DNA from: an uncultured Planctomycetia bacterium
GTDB taxonomy: Bacteria > Omnitrophota > Gorgyraeia > Duberdicusellales > Duberdicusellaceae
DNA length: 40,702 nt
Reading direction: 5' to 3'
Assembly (NCBI GenBank): GCA_964609315.1
Contig: CAZSRG010000003.1
Coordinates: 2,902-43,603 of the forward strand
The notes beneath the pieces were generated by a model. It made no database searches. It saw nothing but the letters and a program-made list of their open reading frames with translations, and was not told the DNA's origin. This document shows, piece by piece, positions 35,617-40,702 of this stretch. How positions within the stretch are numbered: the stretch's first letter is position 1; the number at the start of each line of letters is the position of its first letter. The position numbers were made by a program, and so were the translations under genes.

Positions 35617-35854
35617 TTAACCGGGAAAATGCTGTACCCTAAGGGCAGGCTTCGCACTTGAAAGTGCGAAATGTTTATAATACTTGGCAGCCTAAATAGT
35701 TGCATTAAGCAAAAACTGTACTAAAAAGTGCACAGCATTTTCCCCTTAGGTAACCCCGACCTTTTACCCTTGCGGGCACAAGCCATACTTTTCCAGTGGA
35801 AAATATGGGGTCGGCCCTACGGGCAAATAATGCTAACTGCATTATTTGAGTTAA
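35617..35854 (+). mobile_element. TTAA-flanked MITE-like element, copy 3 (inverted relative to copies 1 and 2)
   Basis: TTAACCGGGAAAATGCTGTACCCTAAGGGCAGGC ... CAAATAATGCTAACTGCATTATTTGAGTTAA. It lies between the mscS-family stop and the cvpA start. Confidence 0.75.
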
Positions 35855-35921
35855 AAGAAATGAGTATAGCATTTCAGCTATACATTGTCAAGGTCAAGCA
35901 ACGCGGAAATCAATGCGGGAA

Positions 35922-36992
35922 TCAAGCATTACCTTTATCCAAATACAAAGTCTGGGTTGGATAGGCAAATTCTATGTTCCGTTTTTCAAACTCTTCTTTA
36001 ACGGCAAAGTTTATCTCCTGTTGTATATCCATATATTTGTTATAATCAGCTCCTATGACATAATAAACGATCTCAAAATTAAGGCTGAAATCTCCATAAG
36101 AAAAGAAATGAGCCCTGTCAAATACCGTATCTTTGACATTGCCTATAATATCTTTAATTATCTTGGGTATCTCTTTAAGATGGGAAGAAGGTGTCTGGTA
36201 AACAACACCTAATTTAAACAGGACTCTTCTCTTTCCCATCCGCTTATAATTCCTGACCCGGGAATTGGTAAGGTCAGTATTGGCAAAGATAAGCTGTTCA
36301 CCGCTTAAACTTCTTATACGGGTAGTTTTTATTCCAATGTATTCAACAGAGCCCAAGTAATCGCCGATAATAATGAAATCCCCTACTTCAAACGGCCGAT
36401 CAAAAAGTATGGCAAAATAACTGAATACATCCCCTAATACAGCCTGAGCAGCTAAAGCGACAGCTACGCCTCCGATCCCCAGCCCGGCGATAACTGATGA
36501 TATCTTAAACCCTAAGTTATCCAGAAAAAAGACAATTGCCATACCCCAGATAATAATCTGAGATACGCTGAGTATTCCTTTCAAGCTCCTTTCTAAGGAA
36601 TCATTTTTTCCGATTTTGTTTAAGTAAATCTTTAAGCCGTAATTAATCAGGGCTAAAATTACCCTGACTATAACTACAGTCAAGATGCCAACACCTAAAA
36701 TATTTACAGTTTTTCTTAAATAGGGGCTGAGATGAAGATAGGCTGTCCCGGCATAGAAAACAACGAAGTATAAGGCAGGGACTATGATTCTTTCCAAAAC
36801 ATAAAGCACGAAATCATCAATAGTTGTTGCTGTTTTTTGCGCCCATTTCTTAAACCGCTTTATAAAAACAGTAAGAAAGATTTTGATGACTGCTGACCCG
36901 CCTAAAAACAAAGACAGAAAAATGATGTAACTAAAAAGGCTGTTCCCGGCAAAAGAAAAGTTCTTTAATACATCCAGCATAAATCTCCCCAT
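35922..36992 (-). CDS. MscS-family mechanosensitive channel
   Basis: N-terminal TM helices followed by the conserved beta domain (FDRPFEVGDFIIIGDYLGSVEYIGIKTTRIRSLSGEQLIFANTDL). Confidence 0.9.
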   Translation of the reverse strand: MGRFMLDVLKNFSFAGNSLFSYIIFLSLFLGGSAVIKIFLTVFIKRFKKWAQKTATTIDDFVLYVLERIIVPALYFVVFYAGTAYLHLSPYLRKTVNILGVGILTVVIVRVILALINYGLKIYLNKIGKNDSLERSLKGILSVSQIIIWGMAIVFFLDNLGFKISSVIAGLGIGGVAVALAAQAVLGDVFSYFAILFDRPFEVGDFIIIGDYLGSVEYIGIKTTRIRSLSGEQLIFANTDLTNSRVRNYKRMGKRRVLFKLGVVYQTPSSHLKEIPKIIKDIIGNVKDTVFDRAHFFSYGDFSLNFEIVYYVIGADYNKYMDIQQEINFAVKEEFEKRNIEFAYPTQTLYLDKGNA

Positions 36993-37077
36993 TTAGGATA
37001 AACCTGTATCGTCAAAATTTTTTAAGTTTAACCCACTAATCACCAAAATACAAGTTAAATAACCAGGTTACAAGATA

Positions 37078-37110
37078 CCCGCCTGCGCTAAAGCTTCGAC
37101 GGGCAGGCAG
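37078..37110. repeat. AAGCTT-centred REP-like palindrome (inverted orientation)
   Basis: CCCGCCTGCGCTAAAGCTTCGACGGGCAGGCAG. Its reverse complement aligns with 31987-32020. It is flanked by GTTACAAGA and CAATAACCAATC words that also occur at 14609-14660. Confidence 0.65.
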
Positions 37111-37137
37111 ACAAATCCCAATAACCAATCTTCAAAA

Positions 37138-37626
37138 CTATATTCCCGAAATATCCATCCCGAACTCTTTCTTAACTTTTATCTTAGCCGAGATGAAATC
37201 GCCGTGAGAAATATTAAACAGCCCTGATATCTTCCTTATAAGTTCTAATTCATTCTCATCTAAATCTTTATCAACACAGGCAACACGAAAAAGGCTTTCT
37301 AAAATTTCTATCTTTTTTGAATAATCAAGCCCTTCAGTCACTTCTGAAGTAAACCGGTATAAATCAACTCTTTCTTTTGAAGCCTGGCGGATACTGGCCA
37401 TAACCTCAGGTAAAGACTCCCGGCTTACGCCGGCATAATCCGTAAGAACAGATTCAATCTGAGATTCCTCCTGAGAAAGGAATTTGCTGTCAGCAGCAGC
37501 TACAGCCTGCATAAGGACGCCTAAAGCAATTTTATCGTCAACCTCCTCCGGTTTTATTCCCGGTTCTGTGTCCTTCCAAACAGAAGCGATAACTCTTCTT
37601 CTAAACTCATCCAAGAATCCCGGCAT
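37138..37626 (-). CDS. TerB-like (tellurite-resistance TerB family) protein
   Basis: 162-aa acidic helical protein with two TerB-like repeats (AAADSKFLSQEESQIESVL and CVDKDLDENELELIRKISGLF). Confidence 0.6.
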   Translation of the reverse strand: MPGFLDEFRRRVIASVWKDTEPGIKPEEVDDKIALGVLMQAVAAADSKFLSQEESQIESVLTDYAGVSRESLPEVMASIRQASKERVDLYRFTSEVTEGLDYSKKIEILESLFRVACVDKDLDENELELIRKISGLFNISHGDFISAKIKVKKEFGMDISGI

Positions 37627-37715
37627 ATTATTACTGTTTCCTTTCTATTTTATATAAAATTCTAACAGAGAGGAAATACTTGTCAATAAAGTATTTCCTC
37701 TCATCAACATCTCTC

Positions 37716-39071
37716 TTAAATAGAGTCCGGCAGCAAGATAGAGATGACCCTATTCAGAAAAGCATAAAATAAAACCCCTCCTAAACAGTAAGAAAGAAAT
37801 ATCCCCATAAAAATGCCCGGTATCCCCCAAAGACAAGACCCTATGTAAGATAAAGGGATATAAAAAACAAACAGCTGGATAAAGATAAGAAAAGCCGCCT
37901 GAAAAGGATGGTTTAAAACATTAAGAAAATTATTGGAAATAAAAGACACCCCCCTTAACCCATAGCTTAGAGGAACAATCATCAGATAAAGATAAGTATT
38001 CCTGATTACTTCCGGATTGCTTGAAAACAGCGAAGAAATAATCCTGCCGAACAAGGCAAAGAAAATAAATACTCCCGCCCCTAAAAAGAAAGAAAATCTA
38101 TCCGAATACCTCAAGCCTAACCTAACCCTCTCATAAAGCTTGGCGGCCCAGTTTTGCCCTACAAAAGGGCCGCAGACTATTGACAAAGCAACAACCGAAC
38201 TCAAAGCAAAAAACTCGATCTTTCCGGCAATACCGAACGCGGCGACTGCCTCTTTACCGTAGAGAGAAATTATTCTAATTACAACGCCTATTCCTGCCGG
38301 GACTAACATCCGGGCTGACGCGGCAGGTATTCCCACATAAAGTATTTTCATCCAGGAATCAACCATCCCCCTAAAAGTAAACCCCTCAATCCCCAGCATT
38401 TTATCACGGTAATAAAGGACGCCTAAAGCCATAAGAAAAGTAACCGCCCTCGCGCATACAGTCGCGATAGCCGCTCCCTTTAATCCTAACCGGGGAAAAA
38501 TCCCTATCCCGAAAATGAGAAAGTAATCAAGAACACCATTAATCAAAACTGCCGACATCATAATCACGCTGGGAGTAAAAGTATCCCCCTTAGCCCTGAT
38601 AGCATTGTTGCCGACCATAGGGACAATAACAAATATAACACCGTAGTACCAGATGCTCATATACTGCCTGATTAAAGGAATAAGCTCAGGCTCAGCGCCC
38701 AGTACCCTGAATAAGGGATTAATCGTAATCTGTCCAATAAATACCAAAATAGACACAACTAATAATGAAAGAAAAAGGCTGTACGTGGTTAACTCCCGCG
38801 TCTTATGGCTGTCTTTTCTGCCTATTGCTTTGGAAACTACAGTTGAAGTCCCAATCCCTAACCCTATAGCTACACTGCCGACAAACAATATCACCGGAAA
38901 AGTAAACCCCAAAGCGGCAAGCTGTTTTACTCCCAGCCTGCCTACAAAGAAAGTGTCAACTAAATTAAACAAAACCATAGCCGCCATACCGAAAACCATA
39001 GGCAAAGTTTTCTTTAAAAGAAGGGTCCCTACAGAACCGTTAGTAAAAACAGCTGTCTTGTTCAATTCCAT
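37716..39071 (-). CDS. MATE-family efflux transporter
   Basis: 451 aa with about 12 TM helices and an N-terminal NLVDTFFVGRLGVKQLAALGF motif. Confidence 0.9.
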   Translation of the reverse strand: MELNKTAVFTNGSVGTLLLKKTLPMVFGMAAMVLFNLVDTFFVGRLGVKQLAALGFTFPVILFVGSVAIGLGIGTSTVVSKAIGRKDSHKTRELTTYSLFLSLLVVSILVFIGQITINPLFRVLGAEPELIPLIRQYMSIWYYGVIFVIVPMVGNNAIRAKGDTFTPSVIMMSAVLINGVLDYFLIFGIGIFPRLGLKGAAIATVCARAVTFLMALGVLYYRDKMLGIEGFTFRGMVDSWMKILYVGIPAASARMLVPAGIGVVIRIISLYGKEAVAAFGIAGKIEFFALSSVVALSIVCGPFVGQNWAAKLYERVRLGLRYSDRFSFFLGAGVFIFFALFGRIISSLFSSNPEVIRNTYLYLMIVPLSYGLRGVSFISNNFLNVLNHPFQAAFLIFIQLFVFYIPLSYIGSCLWGIPGIFMGIFLSYCLGGVLFYAFLNRVISILLPDSI

Positions 39072-39249
39072 TGTTTGATGAAAATTGCGGGATTAATATG
39101 GCACTGGCGCAAAACGCACCAGTCCCTGATTACGGGGATTAACTCCCGATTACAATGATTGTTCCGATATCAAGTCAAAATTAATCGCTGTTATCATTCT
39201 TCAATCGCTGTAATCATGTCCTTTCGTCCAACTTGAACAGAAAAGGGCC

Positions 39250-39780
39250 TTAATACTCTATCCCCCTGCGGGCGGGAACGCCTGAATCATAGGGATGTTT
39301 CTTCTTATTAATAACGCTCACCAAATCTGCTTGTTGGATTATCTTACGGGTAGCGCCTCTTCCGGTTAAGACTAATTCCAAACTTGCGGGTTTATCTTCA
39401 ATAAGGCTCAATATCTCATCTTCATAGAGAAACCCTCCGGATAAAGATACCAAAATTTCATCGCAGACCAAAAGGCGGCAATCCTTATTACGGTAAATAT
39501 TTCTTATGAACTTTATTCCTTTAAGGCATTCTTTGCGGACATCGGAAACAGATATATTTTTATAGAAATAGGGGTGTTTTGAGGCAAAATTGAAGACTTC
39601 AACTCCTATGGATTTCAGCACCTTCTGCTCGCCGGATTTCCAACGGGAAGGCTCTTTATGAAACTGCACCCAGCAGGTTTTTAAATTATGGCCTTGGGAC
39701 CGGCAGGATAACCCTACAGCCGCGGTTGTTTTTCCTTTCCCTGTCCCTGTATAAACCTGAACTAACCCTTTTCCCTTCAC
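39250..39780 (-). CDS. cobO: Cob(I)yrinic acid a,c-diamide (corrinoid) adenosyltransferase, CobA/CobO/BtuR type
   Basis: P-loop YTGTGKGKTTAAVGL, CDEIL, LVLTGRG and the C-terminal HPYDSGVPARRGIEY. It overlaps the upstream response-regulator gene by 4 nt. Confidence 0.85.
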   Translation of the reverse strand: MKGKGLVQVYTGTGKGKTTAAVGLSCRSQGHNLKTCWVQFHKEPSRWKSGEQKVLKSIGVEVFNFASKHPYFYKNISVSDVRKECLKGIKFIRNIYRNKDCRLLVCDEILVSLSGGFLYEDEILSLIEDKPASLELVLTGRGATRKIIQQADLVSVINKKKHPYDSGVPARRGIEY

Positions 39781-40163
39781 TGCTGACTACCGCCTAAAAG
39801 GCCTTGAATAATACCAAGCAATACTTCCGGCTTAAAAGGTTTATTGACATAAGCATCAGCTCCTCTATAAAACCCGCCTCTCATATCGTCTATTTCACCT
39901 TTAGCAGTAAGCATTACAACCGTTAGGCCGCTATATCTTATATTTGACTTTAAATCCTCACATACCTGATAGCCGTTTTTTTTAGGAAGCATCAAATCAA
40001 GGACAACCAAATCAGGGTTTTCCCTGTCTACAACAGCAATCGCTTCTTCTCCATCAGAAGCGGTTACAACATCATAATTATTTGCCTTAAGCCGGTTAGA
40101 AACCAACAAAACTATATGCGGCTCATCATCAACCACTAATATTTTTTTCTTCTTCCTTTCCAT
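39777..40163 (-). CDS. Stand-alone receiver (CheY-like) response regulator
   Basis: 128 aa with ILVVDDEP, the phospho-acceptor context LVVLDLMLP, and T/K motifs (VMLTA, VNKPF). There is no output domain. Confidence 0.85.
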   Translation of the reverse strand: MERKKKKILVVDDEPHIVLLVSNRLKANNYDVVTASDGEEAIAVVDRENPDLVVLDLMLPKKNGYQVCEDLKSNIRYSGLTVVMLTAKGEIDDMRGGFYRGADAYVNKPFKPEVLLGIIQGLLGGSQQ

Positions 40164-40189
40164 AAACCTTACCTCTGATAAAGACAGAG

Positions 40190-40558
40190 TTATTCTCCTA
40201 AAACTTTCTTAACCTTGCTTAAAAGTTCTTCCGGTTTAAAAGGTTTGGTAATGAAATCTTCCGCTCCCATATTCATAACTTTCTGCCTCATTTCATCCGA
40301 AGGATAAGCGGTAATAAAAATTACCGGAATCAGCGATGTTTTAGTAGAAACCTTAAGGTTATCATACACAGTTTTACCTCCCCCTGCCGGCATACGCATA
40401 TCTAAAATAATGAGGTCGGGTTTTTCCTGATGGGCTTTAGTCACAGCCTGTATGCTGTCGGAAGCAGTTATAACTTCATAGCCTCCGGCCTTTAATCTTG
40501 AGGATATCAGCTTAAGCATATTAAAATCATCGTCCACTAACAAGATTTTCTTAGCCAT
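40190..40558 (-). CDS. Stand-alone receiver (CheY-like) response regulator
   Basis: 122 aa with ILLVDDD, LIILDMRMP, FITA and ITKPF. There is no output domain. Confidence 0.85.
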   Translation of the reverse strand: MAKKILLVDDDFNMLKLISSRLKAGGYEVITASDSIQAVTKAHQEKPDLIILDMRMPAGGGKTVYDNLKVSTKTSLIPVIFITAYPSDEMRQKVMNMGAEDFITKPFKPEELLSKVKKVLGE

Positions 40559-40702
40559 TTTTTTATCCCTATATCAAGACCAATTACCGGCTATACCGCT
40601 GTCCGGAATTTAATATTAACACATAAAATAAAATTTACAAGCAAGTTTATCCTCTGATCTGTGTTATCTATTGTCTATTCTCTATTTTCTATTTTCTATT
40701 TT

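Noticed and set aside
35728-36212. Plus-strand ORFs 35728-35964 and 35913-36212
   Set aside because: The first is translated from MITE copy 3 and the second is antisense to the MscS-family gene. Neither has family features.
40559-40702. Cobalamin riboswitch upstream of the REC-REC-cobO genes
   Set aside because: No B12-box (GCCACTG-like) or conserved core is visible. The region is AT-rich word-repeat sequence.

Overview
This is a 40.7-kb AT-rich bacterial chromosomal segment. The lineage cannot be assigned from sequence alone. Every credible gene (about 40 CDS and 2 tRNAs) lies on the minus strand, and the plus-strand ORFs in the track look like antisense shadows. Coding content is almost entirely housekeeping. 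In window order: feoA plus a DtxR-family regulator; trpE-hisI-hisA-hisB-[MazF/RHH toxin-antitoxin]-hisD; alaS-recX-htrA-recA; plsY-pgsA-lepB-lepA-cmk; tyrA-aroF-hisC-pheA; scpB-ruvA-ruvC-yebC; rnhA, a zinc-ribbon protein, tRNA-Val, tRNA-CAU and a GIY-YIG ORF; nadE-lgt-rpoD-(RAYT remnant)-dnaG-NIF3-like-cvpA; then an MscS-family channel, a TerB-like protein, a MATE pump, cobO and two REC-only response regulators. I see no convincing novel multi-gene protein system: no cas genes, reverse transcriptases or defence-type ATPase/nuclease clusters. The unusual content is non-coding. (1) A modular ~140-bp multi-hairpin repeat family with compensatory stem changes abuts the Shine-Dalgarno of recA, aroF and yebC. 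(2) A 229-256 bp TTAA-flanked MITE-like element occurs in 3 full copies plus a fragment, and one copy sits inside the first family. (3) A tRNA-CAU locus carries a GIY-YIG ORF and two tRNA-derived structured fragments. (4) A degenerate REP-associated tyrosine transposase fragment lies next to rpoD, and AAGCTT-centred REP-like palindromes are scattered through the window. (5) Word-stutter spacers include two G-quadruplex-type motifs. Other points are a MazF-like toxin killed by an amber codon inside the his cluster, and a duplicated perfect palindrome that looks like the DtxR operator. All functional calls rest on my recognition of motifs in the translations. No database search was run.
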